DNA of 64,000 nt, taken from NCBI GenBank assembly GCA_030429735.1, contig JAUIET010000007.1:179002-243001 (forward strand), given 5' to 3'. The position numbers and the translations under genes were made by a program. How positions within the stretch are numbered: the first letter of the stretch is position 1; each line of letters begins with the position of its first letter. This document shows positions 9,465 to 19,644 of this stretch, one piece after another. The stretch comes from Gammaproteobacteria bacterium (GTDB lineage Bacteria > Pseudomonadota > Gammaproteobacteria > Pseudomonadales > JAUIET01). Under the pieces are notes generated by a model. The model was not told the origin of the DNA. It did no database searches and was given only the letters and a program-made list of their open reading frames with translations.

Positions 9465-11573
9465 TCAGGCATTACCATAGTAAACTGACTCGCCAATCCA
9501 GCGGTCAATGAGTGGCTTCACGTTGTTGGGGTAGGTACGCATGTACGCGTTGCCCGTTTGATGCACCAGTTCCAGCAGCTCTACGTCCCTCTCAAGATTA
9601 GCAATGCGAAACTGCAGCATGCCGGTCTGTCGAGTGCCCAATACTTCTCCCGGGCCGCGGATTTCCAAATCCTGCTCGGCAATATAAAAGCCATCGCTGC
9701 TGTTTCGAAGCGTATCCAGTCGGCGTTTACCGTTGGCGGATAATGGTTTCTGATAAAGCAATAAGCAGTGGCTTGCCGTACTCCCACGGCCGACTCTACC
9801 TCGCAATTGATGTATTTGCGACAGCCCCAAACGTTCGGCATTTTCAATAATCATCAGGCTTGCATTGGGCACGTCAACACCTACCTCGATGACAGTGGTA
9901 GCGACCAGAAGTTGAGTGGCGCCAGCCTTAAAGCGGTTCATAACCTCGGCTTTTTCGGCAGCCTTCATACGCCCATGAACCAGGCCTATCTGAACATCGG
10001 GCAGGGTGGTGCGCAGTTCCTCAGCGGTGCTTTCCGCAGCTTGTGATTGTATGGCTTCCGACTCTTCCACCAAGGTGCAAACCCAATAGGCCTGGCGGCC
10101 TTGTTGGCAGGCTTTGTGTACACGCTCCACGACCCGCGCGCGGGCGCTGTTATCCAACACACTGGTCTGCACCGGTGTGCGTCCAGGCGGCAGTTCATCA
10201 ATCACGCTCACGTCCAGGTCGGCATAGGCGGCCATGGCCAGAGTTCGCGGAATCGGCGTGGCGGTCATAATAATCTGGTGTGGACAAACGCCAGAATCCA
10301 GGGCTTTCTGACGTAAGCTCAATCGCTGATCAACACCGAAGCGATGCTGTTCATCAATGATAATCAGCCCGAGCCGGTCATAGCTGACAGCGTCTTGAAT
10401 TACAGCGTGCGTGCCGACGATAAAACCCACCTCTCCAGAGGCGATAAGCGCCAAAGCGTCACGTTTCTGTTTGGCAGTTTGCTGACCCGACAGCATGCAC
10501 AGACGGATACCCAGTGGTGCGAACCAGTCACTGAAAGCGCGAAAGTGTTGCTCAGTTAGAATTTCAGTTGGCGCCATTAATACGGCCTGATAGCCGCTGC
10601 CTATCGCTTGCAGCGCGGCCAGTGCGGCTACAACTGTTTTACCGCAACCGACATCGCCTTGCACCAGCCTGAGCATCGGCTCTTGATGGGCCAGTTGCGC
10701 TCGCAATTGCTCATACACACGAGACTGCGCTGAGGTTAGGGTAAAGCCAAGACCGGTTAAAAACCGTTGCATCAGTTTGTCGTTGCCGGCAAGCCTGGGC
10801 GCCATCAGCTGCTGCAGTCGTTGCCTGACTTGAAGCAGGCTCAGGTGGTGAGCCAGCAGTTCCTCAAACGCCAGACGTTGCTGGCAGATTGGCAGCAGCG
10901 CCTGCTCAGATTTTTGTGGTGCATGCAGTATTCGCAGAGTTTTGCCCAGCGGAAATTGCGCGAACATGGCCAGCGTGCTTTCAGGGTTTGGCAGGTTTGC
11001 AATGAACTCGGTGGGTATCAGTTCCTCGATAGAGTGTGTATCAAGCTGAGGTAAAACCTGATCGAGTAATTTTCTGAAACTGGCCTGGTGCAGCCCCTCG
11101 GTACTTGGGTACACAGGCGTCAGCGCTTGCGGTAGCGGTGGATCTACTGCGTCCTCGTCGAGAATGACGTACTCCGGGTGAAAACACTCCAGGCTGTGTC
11201 GGCCAAAACGAATCTCGCCAAAACAACGCAGGCGCTTGCCGGGCAGCAGGCCCCGGGTTTGTGCTGCAGAGAAATGAAACAACCGAAGACTAATGGTCGA
11301 ATAATCCTGTTGTAACTTAATGGTGAAGCTGCGCCGTCTGCCCGGCACAATACCGGCGGCCTTGATGGTTCCCTCGAACAAATAATGACAGTTGGGTTGC
11401 AGTTGCCCTATTGGGGTAAGCTGTGTTCTGTCTTCATACCGAAGCGGTAAGTGAAACAGCAGTTGCTGAACAGACTCAATACCGATACGGGCCAGCCGAT
11501 CACGCGTTTTTGGGCCAACACCCTTGAGTGCGGCAAGCGAATTATTGCTGAGAATTTCTTGCGCCAACTGCAT
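9465..11573 (-). CDS. recG: ATP-dependent DNA helicase RecG
   Basis: 'LKGVGPKTRDRLARIGIESVQQLLFHLPLRYEDRT' wedge N-terminus. Walker A 'GDVGCGKT', 'DEQHRFG' and 'QLRGRVGRG' are present. Start trimmed to M31 of the track ORF by homology to the E. coli RecG N-terminus. Confidence 0.92.
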   Translation of the reverse strand: MQLAQEILSNNSLAALKGVGPKTRDRLARIGIESVQQLLFHLPLRYEDRTQLTPIGQLQPNCHYLFEGTIKAAGIVPGRRRSFTIKLQQDYSTISLRLFHFSAAQTRGLLPGKRLRCFGEIRFGRHSLECFHPEYVILDEDAVDPPLPQALTPVYPSTEGLHQASFRKLLDQVLPQLDTHSIEELIPTEFIANLPNPESTLAMFAQFPLGKTLRILHAPQKSEQALLPICQQRLAFEELLAHHLSLLQVRQRLQQLMAPRLAGNDKLMQRFLTGLGFTLTSAQSRVYEQLRAQLAHQEPMLRLVQGDVGCGKTVVAALAALQAIGSGYQAVLMAPTEILTEQHFRAFSDWFAPLGIRLCMLSGQQTAKQKRDALALIASGEVGFIVGTHAVIQDAVSYDRLGLIIIDEQHRFGVDQRLSLRQKALDSGVCPHQIIMTATPIPRTLAMAAYADLDVSVIDELPPGRTPVQTSVLDNSARARVVERVHKACQQGRQAYWVCTLVEESEAIQSQAAESTAEELRTTLPDVQIGLVHGRMKAAEKAEVMNRFKAGATQLLVATTVIEVGVDVPNASLMIIENAERLGLSQIHQLRGRVGRGSTASHCLLLYQKPLSANGKRRLDTLRNSSDGFYIAEQDLEIRGPGEVLGTRQTGMLQFRIANLERDVELLELVHQTGNAYMRTYPNNVKPLIDRWIGESVYYGNA

Positions 11574-11662
11574 AGTGCCTTGTGTCACATTGTTCAGAGT
11601 TGCCCTGACGTAATGAGCACTGGCAGGCAGCGTTCTGTTCAAGGCAGTGCAAGCATAGCGCA

Positions 11663-12553
11663 TTGACGTACAATAGCGGTGTGAAAAAACCGTCGTTACT
11701 TATTATCGGATCTGGCGCCATTGGTTATGCCATCGCCAAACAAAATACTGCCGAACCACGCTGGCGCCTGCACGGTGCACGGCGCAGCGCTGACAAGTTG
11801 CCGGAGGGTATGGCCGCTTACAGTGTTGACTACACCGACCCCTGCTCTGTCAGCCGGCTGCTTGCAGAGTGTACGGCGGATTACCTGTTGTTGACGTTTA
11901 CGCCCCGAGAATACAGCGCTGAAGGGTATCAGCAGAGCTATGTGGCCGGCACGCGCAATGTGCTGGCAGCCATTCAGCGTCCCCCAAAGCGGATTGTGTT
12001 TGTCTCCAGTACCAGTGTGTACGACCAGCGTAACGATGAATGGGTTGATGAAACGACCGAAGCGTACCCTAACGGTTTTAGCGGCCGAGCAATGCGGGAG
12101 TGCGAAAAGTTGTTGGCCGGCAGTGCAGTGCCAACTACGAGTTTTCGTTGCGGCGGCATCTATGGAACCGAAAGCACGCGACTGATAGAGGCCGTACGTG
12201 AAGGTCGGTTCAGCGCAAGCAATCACTACACCAATAGAATTCATCGGCATGACTGTGCAGCGGCCATTATGCATTTGCTGACATTGGATGCGCATGGACA
12301 GGCAGTGCAAGACTGCTACCTGGGCGTGGATAGCGAGCCAGCACGAAAACACGATGTGGAACGGTGGTTGGCTGCTCGACTGGGTATCGATTATCCCGCC
12401 AACATACAGTCAGTCAGTGATGCTGATACGGTAGAGCGCAGGGTCGGTAGCAAGCGCTGCAACAACCAGCGCTTGCTGAGTAGCGGGTTTCGGTTTCGCT
12501 ATCCCAGCTTTCGTGAGGGTTACGGTGCCATCATCGACCGTTTACAGCGCTAA
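11663..12553 (+). CDS. SDR-family NAD(P)-dependent epimerase/oxidoreductase
   Basis: 'LLIIGSGAIGYAIA' Rossmann motif. The likely true start is GTG at 11681 (MKKPSLLIIG...). Confidence 0.6.
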   Translation: MTYNSGVKKPSLLIIGSGAIGYAIAKQNTAEPRWRLHGARRSADKLPEGMAAYSVDYTDPCSVSRLLAECTADYLLLTFTPREYSAEGYQQSYVAGTRNVLAAIQRPPKRIVFVSSTSVYDQRNDEWVDETTEAYPNGFSGRAMRECEKLLAGSAVPTTSFRCGGIYGTESTRLIEAVREGRFSASNHYTNRIHRHDCAAAIMHLLTLDAHGQAVQDCYLGVDSEPARKHDVERWLAARLGIDYPANIQSVSDADTVERRVGSKRCNNQRLLSSGFRFRYPSFREGYGAIIDRLQR

Positions 12554-12925
12554 AATCGCTTCCACTTCAAGATCGCAATCTTTGGGCAGTGCCGCTACGC
12601 CAACGCAGGCGCGCGCTGGATAGGGCTTATTGAAGTACTCTTTCATCACCTCATTAACCGCGGCGAAATTGCCGAGGTCTGGCAAAGAGATATTCACTTT
12701 CACAGCGTTATCCAAAGTACCGCCTGCCGCAACTGCAACGGCACGCATATTCTGGAAAACCCGATGCGCTTGCGCCGTGATGTCACCTTCCACCAATTCC
12801 ATGGTGTTAGGGTCCAGTGGAATCTGGCCCGATATATAGACGGTTGAGCCAACTTTAATGGCTTGCGAATACGGCCCAATTGCCGCTGGCGATTGATCAG
12901 TGTGAATAACTTCTTTTTTGCTCAT
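12542..12925 (-). CDS. ridA: RidA/YjgF-family reactive intermediate (enamine/imine) deaminase
   Basis: 127 aa with 'AIGPYSQAIKVGSTVYISGQIPLDP...' and 'PARACVGVAALPKDCDLEVEAI'. It lies downstream of spoT, as in Pseudomonas. Confidence 0.9.
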   Translation of the reverse strand: MSKKEVIHTDQSPAAIGPYSQAIKVGSTVYISGQIPLDPNTMELVEGDITAQAHRVFQNMRAVAVAAGGTLDNAVKVNISLPDLGNFAAVNEVMKEYFNKPYPARACVGVAALPKDCDLEVEAILAL

Positions 12926-12954
12926 TCGGTGTTTACCTGGGCTTAGGGTTTCGT

Positions 12955-15081
12955 TCAGGATTTCATTCGCGATACGGAAGCTACCGATTTCATGGCGCGA
13001 ATACGTTTCATTATCCGGGCAAGGTGAACCCGGTCGTGAACGCCAATTTCCAATCGCACCACAGCCGTTTTGGCGTCGCGGTCCTCAGTATTGATTTTTT
13101 CGATCGGTGCGTCGAGACTGCTGACTTTGTTGGCCAGTTCAGCAATGACGCCACGCTGTTGCGTGAGTTCAACACGTAGCTCGACCTGGAAGTCCCCCTT
13201 TGCTTTATCGTGCCAGGTCAGCTCGATACAACGCTCCGGGTTGTCGCGAAACTCAGCGATGTTTCGACAATTCGCCACGTGCACAACAATACCTCGCCCG
13301 GCACTGATGTGCCCGGCAATCGGATCGCCGGGAATGGCATGGCAGCACTTGGCAAAACTCACCATCATGCCCTCGGCACCGTTGATTACGAATGAGTCCT
13401 GGCTGCGGTTGCTTGTCTTGGTGCTGGCTTTGCTGACAATTTTGTCGGGTACCAGACGCCGCGCCGTTAAATACGCAACGCGATTGCCAAGGCCAATATC
13501 TTCCAGTATCAAATCGAAGTTGTCGTAGCCGGTTTCCTCCAGTAACACCTGAATACGTTTCTTGTCCATCTTCTTAAAGCTGGTGTTGAGGTTTTCCAGG
13601 GCTTTATCCAGCAGCCTTCTACCCAGTTCAATGGCCTCGGTGTGACGCTGATTTTTAAGAAAATGACGAATATTGCTGCGGGCCTTACCGCTCACCACAA
13701 AGTTTAACCAGGAAGGGTTGGGTTGCGATCCAGGTGCCGTGATGATTTCAACTGTCTGCCCGCTTTGTAACTGTTCACTCAAAGGCGCGAAGCGTCGGTT
13801 AATACGGCAGGCAACGCAGCTATTGCCGACATCGGTATGCACTTCATAGGCGAAATCAACCGCTGTCGAGCCGCTTGGCAGGGCGCGAATCTGCCCCTTG
13901 GGTGTAAACACATACACTTCTTCCGGGAACAGGTCGGTTTTAACGTGCTCAATGAACTCCTGAGAATTGCCGGCGCTTTCCTGCAGTTCCAACAAGCTTT
14001 GAACCCATTGCCGGGCACGCTTGTGCGAATTGACGTCGCTGCCGTCGTCACCACTTTTATACAACCAATGCGCGGCAATGCCTTTATTCGCCAACTCTTC
14101 CATGCCTTCGGTTCGAATCTGAATTTCAATGGGAACGCCATGCATACCAAACAACACGGTATGCAAACTTTGGTAGCCGTTGGCTTTAGGAATGGCAATA
14201 TAGTCTTTGAAATGACCGGCAACTGGCTTGTAAAGATTGTGCACCGCACCGAGCACGCGATAGCAGGTATCGACATCCTCCACAACGATACGAAATGCAT
14301 AGACGTCCATGATTTCTGAAAAAGATTTACGCTTGGTGCGCATCTTTTCGTAAATGCTGAACAGGTGTTTTTCCCGCCCCAGCACTCTGGCGCTCAGATT
14401 TTCATTGCTAAGGCGTGTTTCGAGCGCGGTTTTGATCTGCTGCAACACTTCCTTGCGATTACCACGCGCGGCGCGAACCGCTGCCTCAATTCGCCGCGCC
14501 CGCATCGGGTACATGGCGGTAAATCCAAGGTCTTCCAGTTCAACCCGTGTGGTGTTCATGCCAAGGCGATTGGCTATCGGGGCGTATATCTCCAGGGTTT
14601 CAATGGCTATGCGGCGACGTTTATCGACACTCAGAACGCCCAGGGTGCGCATGTTATGCAGCCGGTCAGCCAGTTTGATCAGGATCACACGAATGTCGCG
14701 TGACATGGCCAGTGCCATTTTCTGAAAATTCTCGGCAGCGGCTTCCGCACGCGAACTGAAGCCAATTTTTGCCAGTTTTGATAAGCCATCCACCAGCTCG
14801 GCAACCGTCTCGCCAAACTGCTCGGCAATCGCGTCCTTGTCGATGCCGGTATCCTCGATCACATCATGCAACATCGCCGCCATCAGGCTTTGGTCGTCCA
14901 TGTGCATGTCGGCAAGAATGCAGGCTACAGCCAGCGGGTGAGTCACATACGGCTCACCGCTGCGTCTGGTTTGGCCATCGTGAGCTTGCTCGGCAAAGTA
15001 GTAGGCGCGTTTTACCTGCTGAATTTGATCGTCAGACAAGTACTCACGCAGTGAGTTTGCCAAGGTGTCAATTGTTTGCAA
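12955..15081 (-). CDS. spoT: bifunctional (p)ppGpp synthetase/pyrophosphohydrolase SpoT
   Basis: 708 aa. HD domain 'HPLAVACILADMHMDDQSLMAAMLHDVIEDT', then RelA/SpoT synthetase, TGS and ACT regions. TTG start, as in E. coli spoT. rpoZ is immediately upstream. Confidence 0.93.
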   Translation of the reverse strand: MQTIDTLANSLREYLSDDQIQQVKRAYYFAEQAHDGQTRRSGEPYVTHPLAVACILADMHMDDQSLMAAMLHDVIEDTGIDKDAIAEQFGETVAELVDGLSKLAKIGFSSRAEAAAENFQKMALAMSRDIRVILIKLADRLHNMRTLGVLSVDKRRRIAIETLEIYAPIANRLGMNTTRVELEDLGFTAMYPMRARRIEAAVRAARGNRKEVLQQIKTALETRLSNENLSARVLGREKHLFSIYEKMRTKRKSFSEIMDVYAFRIVVEDVDTCYRVLGAVHNLYKPVAGHFKDYIAIPKANGYQSLHTVLFGMHGVPIEIQIRTEGMEELANKGIAAHWLYKSGDDGSDVNSHKRARQWVQSLLELQESAGNSQEFIEHVKTDLFPEEVYVFTPKGQIRALPSGSTAVDFAYEVHTDVGNSCVACRINRRFAPLSEQLQSGQTVEIITAPGSQPNPSWLNFVVSGKARSNIRHFLKNQRHTEAIELGRRLLDKALENLNTSFKKMDKKRIQVLLEETGYDNFDLILEDIGLGNRVAYLTARRLVPDKIVSKASTKTSNRSQDSFVINGAEGMMVSFAKCCHAIPGDPIAGHISAGRGIVVHVANCRNIAEFRDNPERCIELTWHDKAKGDFQVELRVELTQQRGVIAELANKVSSLDAPIEKINTEDRDAKTAVVRLEIGVHDRVHLARIMKRIRAMKSVASVSRMKS

Positions 15082-15170
15082 CGGACGCTAATCCGTCAGT
15101 GCACGGTGGCGGCACATGAGAAAAACTGGCCGCATCACTCCGGGTACCCCAGCAGTTCCGCCAGTTTGCG

Positions 15171-15656
15171 CTATTCGCTGCCGGGCGCGTCTGGCTCAGC
15201 ATTGCTGGCCGCTTGTAGGGCGCGTATCAGTGCGTCTGTGTCCAGGTCATCTGCAGGCGCTTGTTCTGCAGCCGGTTCGCTGGCGGCCGCGCTTGGTGCT
15301 GGTGCGACGCTGCCGGTAACAGCTTGTACGTCGCTTTGATAAGACTCAGAACGGCGGAACGCGCCAAGGCCCTGGTGCTGTACCATCCCACCGCTCTCGG
15401 TTTCACCCGACACCGCAAGATCCATTTCATGCTCGAAGTTTTCTTCAGCCTCTTCTGTTTCGCGCAAAATATCGGCGTTGATCAGATTTTCCTTGATCTC
15501 ACGCAGCGCAATAACCGTTGGTTTGTCGGCGTCTTCTTTTACTAATGGCTCTTTGCCACCCGTTGCAATTTGCCTTGCTCTTTTGCTTGCGATCATTACC
15601 AGATCAAAGCGATTGCCTACATTTTCAAGACAATCTTCAACTGTAACGCGTGCCAT
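15171..15656 (-). CDS. rpoZ: DNA-directed RNA polymerase omega subunit with extended acidic/Ala-rich C-terminal tail
   Basis: '[30 protein letters not shown]' is canonical omega. The ORF continues to 161 aa. Confidence 0.9.
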   Translation of the reverse strand: MARVTVEDCLENVGNRFDLVMIASKRARQIATGGKEPLVKEDADKPTVIALREIKENLINADILRETEEAEENFEHEMDLAVSGETESGGMVQHQGLGAFRRSESYQSDVQAVTGSVAPAPSAAASEPAAEQAPADDLDTDALIRALQAASNAEPDAPGSE

Positions 15657-15846
15657 TTTGAGTACCTTACCTGTGTGGCCGTCTTAATGATCAATTCCGC
15701 CATTGGTGGCAGTAGAACATTGAAGCGGCGTTGTAGCCATGAATGTAACCGTGAGGCAAATAGCCTCGATCGAACCCGACATTGTAGCGCAGAAGCGTCG
15801 TACAAACAATTACTTGCGCATTTGCGTGCCCAATGGTGGATATCTA

Positions 15847-16485
15847 TCAGCCGAGTAACTCAGACAGCAAGCCCGCGTGCTGTTTTTGCTGCCGGGCGAG
15901 TCGCAGACGCTGGCTGCGCACAATGTGCTCAAGTTCCGCCAGGGCTGTTTCGAATACCTCATTAACCACCAGATAATCGGCCGAGCCATAGTGACTAATT
16001 TCATCCACGGCGGCTTGCATACGGCCGGCTATCACGGCTTCATCGTCCTGGCCGCGCCCCGTTAAACGCTCCTGCAGTGCTTGTAGCGACGGTGGCAAAA
16101 TGAAAATCGAGAGAGTGGCGGGCAGTTGCTGCTTGATTTGTGCCGCACCCTGCCAATCGATTTCCAGAATAACGTCATCACCGCTGGCCAGCTTGGCTTC
16201 CACTTCGGCTTTTGATGTGCCATAGCGATTGCTGAACACGGTGGCATGCTCAAGAAAATCGCCCGCTTTGCGCATGGCTTCGAAACGTTGTGCATCAACA
16301 AAGTGATAGTTCACGCCATCATGCTCGCCGGCGCGCCGTGCCCGGGTTGTGTGCGAGACAGATACGCCAATGTTTGGCACTGCGCCGATCAAGGCCTGCA
16401 CCAGGCTCGTTTTGCCAGCACCCGACGGTGCTGAAACCGTAAACAGTTGTCCGCTGGCTTTGTTCTGTTGTTCAGTGCTGTTCAA
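15847..16485 (-). CDS. gmk: guanylate kinase
   Basis: 'VSAPSGAGKTSLVQAL' P-loop, 'VSHTTRARRAGEHDGVNYHFV', and the gmk-rpoZ-spoT gene order. Confidence 0.93.
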   Translation of the reverse strand: MNSTEQQNKASGQLFTVSAPSGAGKTSLVQALIGAVPNIGVSVSHTTRARRAGEHDGVNYHFVDAQRFEAMRKAGDFLEHATVFSNRYGTSKAEVEAKLASGDDVILEIDWQGAAQIKQQLPATLSIFILPPSLQALQERLTGRGQDDEAVIAGRMQAAVDEISHYGSADYLVVNEVFETALAELEHIVRSQRLRLARQQKQHAGLLSELLG

Positions 16486-16627
16486 AAGGCTGTCATACTG
16501 TCGGTTGTGCGCTTACCGGTGGGTCGCACGGCTGCATAAGCTGCTGTGTGTTTCATGTCGCGCATATTAGATGCGTATTGTACTCATCTCTACCCCCACA
16601 ACGACAACCCGAAAAACAGGAATATTC

Positions 16628-17347
16628 ATGCAACGACCCAGTGGCCGCCGCGCAGATCAGCTGCGCAGTTTGAAATTTACTCGCAACTACACCAGCCATG
16701 CCGCAGGTTCGGTACTGGTTGAAGTTGGCAATACCCGAGTGTTGTGCACGGCCAGCGTTGAGAAAGGCGTGCCCAGGTGGTTGCGCGGTGGTGGCAGCGG
16801 TTGGCTTACCGCAGAATACGGCATGCTGCCCAGTGCCACCAATGAGCGGGTGGCCCGAGAGGCCGCGCGTGGAAAACAAACTGGCAGAACCGTAGAAATA
16901 CAGCGTTTGATTGGGCGCTCTTTGCGCGCGGCCCTGGACATGAACAAGTTAGGCGAGAACACGATTACGATTGATTGCGACGTGCTGCAGGCTGACGGCG
17001 GTACACGTTGTGCCTCAATTTCAGGCGCGGCTGTCGCGTTAAATGATGCGGTAGCGCATTTGATGGATATAAAACGGGTGAAGGAAAACCCGATTATCGG
17101 TTTGATATCCGCCGTGTCCGTGGGGGTTTATGATGGTGAGCCAGTGCTTGATTTGGATTATGCCGAAGACTCGACAGCAGAGACGGACATGAACGTGGTT
17201 ATGCGAGACGCGAATGGCTTTATCGAAGTTCAGGGTACGGCTGAGGGAGAACCGTACTCACCCGAACAACTGCAGTCCATGTTGGCGCTTGCCCAGCAAG
17301 GCCTCACGCAAATAATGCAAGTGCAGAAAATGGCGATGTCGCAATAA
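16628..17347 (+). CDS. rph: ribonuclease PH
   Basis: '[42 protein letters not shown]...' and '[12 protein letters not shown]'. Start set at ATG 16628 (M20 of the track ORF). Confidence 0.93.
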   Translation: MQRPSGRRADQLRSLKFTRNYTSHAAGSVLVEVGNTRVLCTASVEKGVPRWLRGGGSGWLTAEYGMLPSATNERVAREAARGKQTGRTVEIQRLIGRSLRAALDMNKLGENTITIDCDVLQADGGTRCASISGAAVALNDAVAHLMDIKRVKENPIIGLISAVSVGVYDGEPVLDLDYAEDSTAETDMNVVMRDANGFIEVQGTAEGEPYSPEQLQSMLALAQQGLTQIMQVQKMAMSQ

Positions 17348-17402
17348 GGGCGATATCGCAATAAGAAAGGCGCGCATTGATTAACGTTGCGCAGCGCTTG
17401 AC

Positions 17403-18161
17403 TCAGAAGTCGATTTCGTAATCGATAATCACAGGTGCGTGGTTTGAGAATACCTCGCCACGGTAAACGGCGGCGCGTTCTACGGTGCCGCGCAGCCCTT
17501 CGGAGACCACCTGAGTATCAACCCGCCAACCGTTAAGGTCGCGTTCGCCCTCTGGCCACCAGGTGTATTCGTCGTCATCGGTGTCGGCCAGGCGAAATGC
17601 ATCTGCGTAGCCCAGCTCGTCATACAGTTGCCCGAGTAGGTCGCGCTCTTCTTCAAGAAAGCCGCTGACTTCACGCGGATTCTGCATATCAGTGTTTTCG
17701 AACGCGATATTCCAGTTGCCGGTGATAATGTATTCCCGGCGTTTATTTCGCACTTTCGAAAAATGCGCCAGAAATTGATCATAAAAGCGCATTTTTCTTT
17801 CTTGCGCTTCTGCATCGCCATCAGCCGCCGATGGCGCCAGGAAGGAAGCCACGCTGTAGCGCTCAAAGTCAGCTTGTACATACAAGCCATCAACATCGAA
17901 TTCATTGAAGCCAAGACCTGTCATGATGGCTTTGGGTAATTCGCGGCAGTAGACAGCAACACCGTTAGTGCTTGATTCCACTGCATCAAAAAAATAAGCG
18001 TTATAATCGGGCGGGAAGCAGGCGTCATTCTTGATGTCGTATTCTGAAACGCGCAGGTCTTGCACGCAGATAAAGTCGGCGTCCTGTTTGGTTGCCCACT
18101 CAAAAAATCCTTTTTGCGCGGCTTCCTCCAAACCTTCCGCACAGAAGTTAATGACTCTCAT
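17403..18161 (-). CDS. crc: catabolite repression control protein Crc-like (exonuclease III/EEP fold)
   Basis: 252-aa EEP-fold protein. By recall it is collinear with Pseudomonas Crc ('GLGF', 'YVQADFERYSVASFLAPS', 'KRREYI', 'LGYADAF', 'TWWP', 'GWRVDTQV', 'SNHAPVIIDYE'). It sits between rph and pyrE, exactly as crc does in Pseudomonas. Confidence 0.65.
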   Translation of the reverse strand: MRVINFCAEGLEEAAQKGFFEWATKQDADFICVQDLRVSEYDIKNDACFPPDYNAYFFDAVESSTNGVAVYCRELPKAIMTGLGFNEFDVDGLYVQADFERYSVASFLAPSAADGDAEAQERKMRFYDQFLAHFSKVRNKRREYIITGNWNIAFENTDMQNPREVSGFLEEERDLLGQLYDELGYADAFRLADTDDDEYTWWPEGERDLNGWRVDTQVVSEGLRGTVERAAVYRGEVFSNHAPVIIDYEIDF

Positions 18162-18200
18162 GATCGCCCCTGGAACTTGAAGCGTGTATCATAATTGCAA

Positions 18201-18845
18201 ATGAATGACTATCAAACAGATTTTATTCAGTTAGCGCTGGAAAACGATGTGCTGCGCTTCGGTGAGTTCACGCTGAAGTCCGGCCGAAGCAGCCCATATT
18301 TTTTTAACGCCGGCTTAATTCGCTCTGGAACCGCACTGCGACGCACCGGAAACGCGTACATGCAGGCGGTAGAAGAAGCCGGCTTTGAGTTCGATATGTT
18401 GTTCGGGCCAGCGTACAAGGGAATACCACTGGCAAGTGCCGCCGCCATTGCCTGGAGTGAATGCTTCGACCGTGATATTCCGGTGGCTTACAATCGAAAA
18501 GAAGCTAAAACACACGGTGAAGGTGGCACGATTGTAGGGGGTCCTTTGGCCGGCAGAGTGTTGATCGTGGATGACGTGATTACCGCGGGTACTGCGGTGC
18601 GTGAGGTCATAGACATGATCAACGCGGCAGGAGCCACCCCAGCGGGCATTGTGGTCGGCCTTGATCGCCAGGAGCGTGGCAAAGCCAAGCAATCGGCTAT
18701 TCAAGAGTTACAGGCAGAGTATGGCATTGCGGTAACAAGTATCATTAATTTGGCGAATCTGATCACATTTCTGGAAGCGGCAGGCGCCAGCAGCAGCGCT
18801 CAGCTTGAGCAAATGCGGGCGTATCGTGAGCAATTCGGTATTTAG
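18201..18845 (+). CDS. pyrE: orotate phosphoribosyltransferase
   Basis: 'YQTDFIQLALENDVLRFGEFTLKSGRSSPYFFNAG' and the PRPP loop 'VLIVDDVITAGTA'. ATG at 18201 is preferred over TTG at 18195. Confidence 0.93.
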   Translation: MNDYQTDFIQLALENDVLRFGEFTLKSGRSSPYFFNAGLIRSGTALRRTGNAYMQAVEEAGFEFDMLFGPAYKGIPLASAAAIAWSECFDRDIPVAYNRKEAKTHGEGGTIVGGPLAGRVLIVDDVITAGTAVREVIDMINAAGATPAGIVVGLDRQERGKAKQSAIQELQAEYGIAVTSIINLANLITFLEAAGASSSAQLEQMRAYREQFGI

Positions 18846-18958
18846 CCGCACTTTTGCCTCGATAGCACATCAATATCGCTTTGTTCAGTGCTTGTTCAAG
18901 GTTTTTTGGCTAAAATCAGTAATACAGTCATCTTCAACGCCGAGCTACGCGGAGCGAA

Positions 18959-19630
18959 ATGCATAAAAACAACAGGCCATTAAGCGTCAAGATGAACGTG
19001 CTGATGGGCGCGCTGCTTGTGTTATTCAGTGCCTACAGTTACGCGGCCATCGAGTACTTCCGTTACAAAACAACGTCCGGTGCGTTGGTTATTGATAGCC
19101 GGCTGCCCCCCGAATTTGTTAAATACGGTTATGAAGTGATCAACGCCAATGGCGATGTTTTGCGTACCGTACCCCCTCAAGCCACGCCAGAGCAGATTGC
19201 CGCCAAGCGAGAAGCCCTTACCAAGCAGCAGCTCAAGGCGGAACAGCTGAAGAAAGACGAGATGCTGATGCGGCGCTACAGCAGCGTGGCCGATATTGAA
19301 GCGTCACAAAATCGGGTGGTTGACGAAATTAATGTGCGCCTGTCAATACTGCGCGGCAATCTGCGCTCACTGAAAGGCCAGATTGAGCGCCAACAAGAAG
19401 TGGCGGCCAATGCGGAGCGTGCTGGCAGAGAGGTTCCCCAGGCATTGCTCGACAACATAGGCACCATGGAAGTGGAGATAGACGATACCCGCAAAAAGAT
19501 CATTGCAAGGAAAAAAGAGATTACCGCAGTGAAACGCAACTATGCGGCCGATATGGAGCGATTTGAGTACCTGCAAGACCTGCGCTATGGTCGACGCCGC
19601 TCGTCGCAGGCCAGCTCCTCTAACTACTGA
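18959..19630 (+). CDS. hypothetical secreted coiled-coil protein (possibly DUF4124-like)
   Basis: Signal peptide 'MNVLMGALLVLFSAYSYA', with an alternative start at 18992. The central region is a long charged heptad-like stretch. Confidence 0.45.
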   Translation: MHKNNRPLSVKMNVLMGALLVLFSAYSYAAIEYFRYKTTSGALVIDSRLPPEFVKYGYEVINANGDVLRTVPPQATPEQIAAKREALTKQQLKAEQLKKDEMLMRRYSSVADIEASQNRVVDEINVRLSILRGNLRSLKGQIERQQEVAANAERAGREVPQALLDNIGTMEVEIDDTRKKIIARKKEITAVKRNYAADMERFEYLQDLRYGRRRSSQASSSNY

Positions 19631-19644
19631 TCAGTTGGGCTCAA

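Noticed and set aside
11574-11663. N-terminal extensions in the ORF track for recG (30 aa), rph (16571-16627), coaD (48273-48350), the YdjM-like gene (8365-8448) and the 4165-4263 leader
   Set aside because: Homology to well-known N-termini (RecG, RNase PH, CoaD '[12 protein letters not shown]', YdjM 'MDPI', and a signal peptide at 4264) supports the internal ATGs. The extensions overlap neighbouring genes or repeats.
12288-12305. GCATGGACAGGCA inside the SDR gene, identical over 13 nt to the repeat subtype at 38445
   Set aside because: It encodes an in-frame, sensible segment (DAHGQAV) of the protein, and there are no flanking repeat features. It is probably a coincidence or an ancient remnant and cannot be distinguished here.
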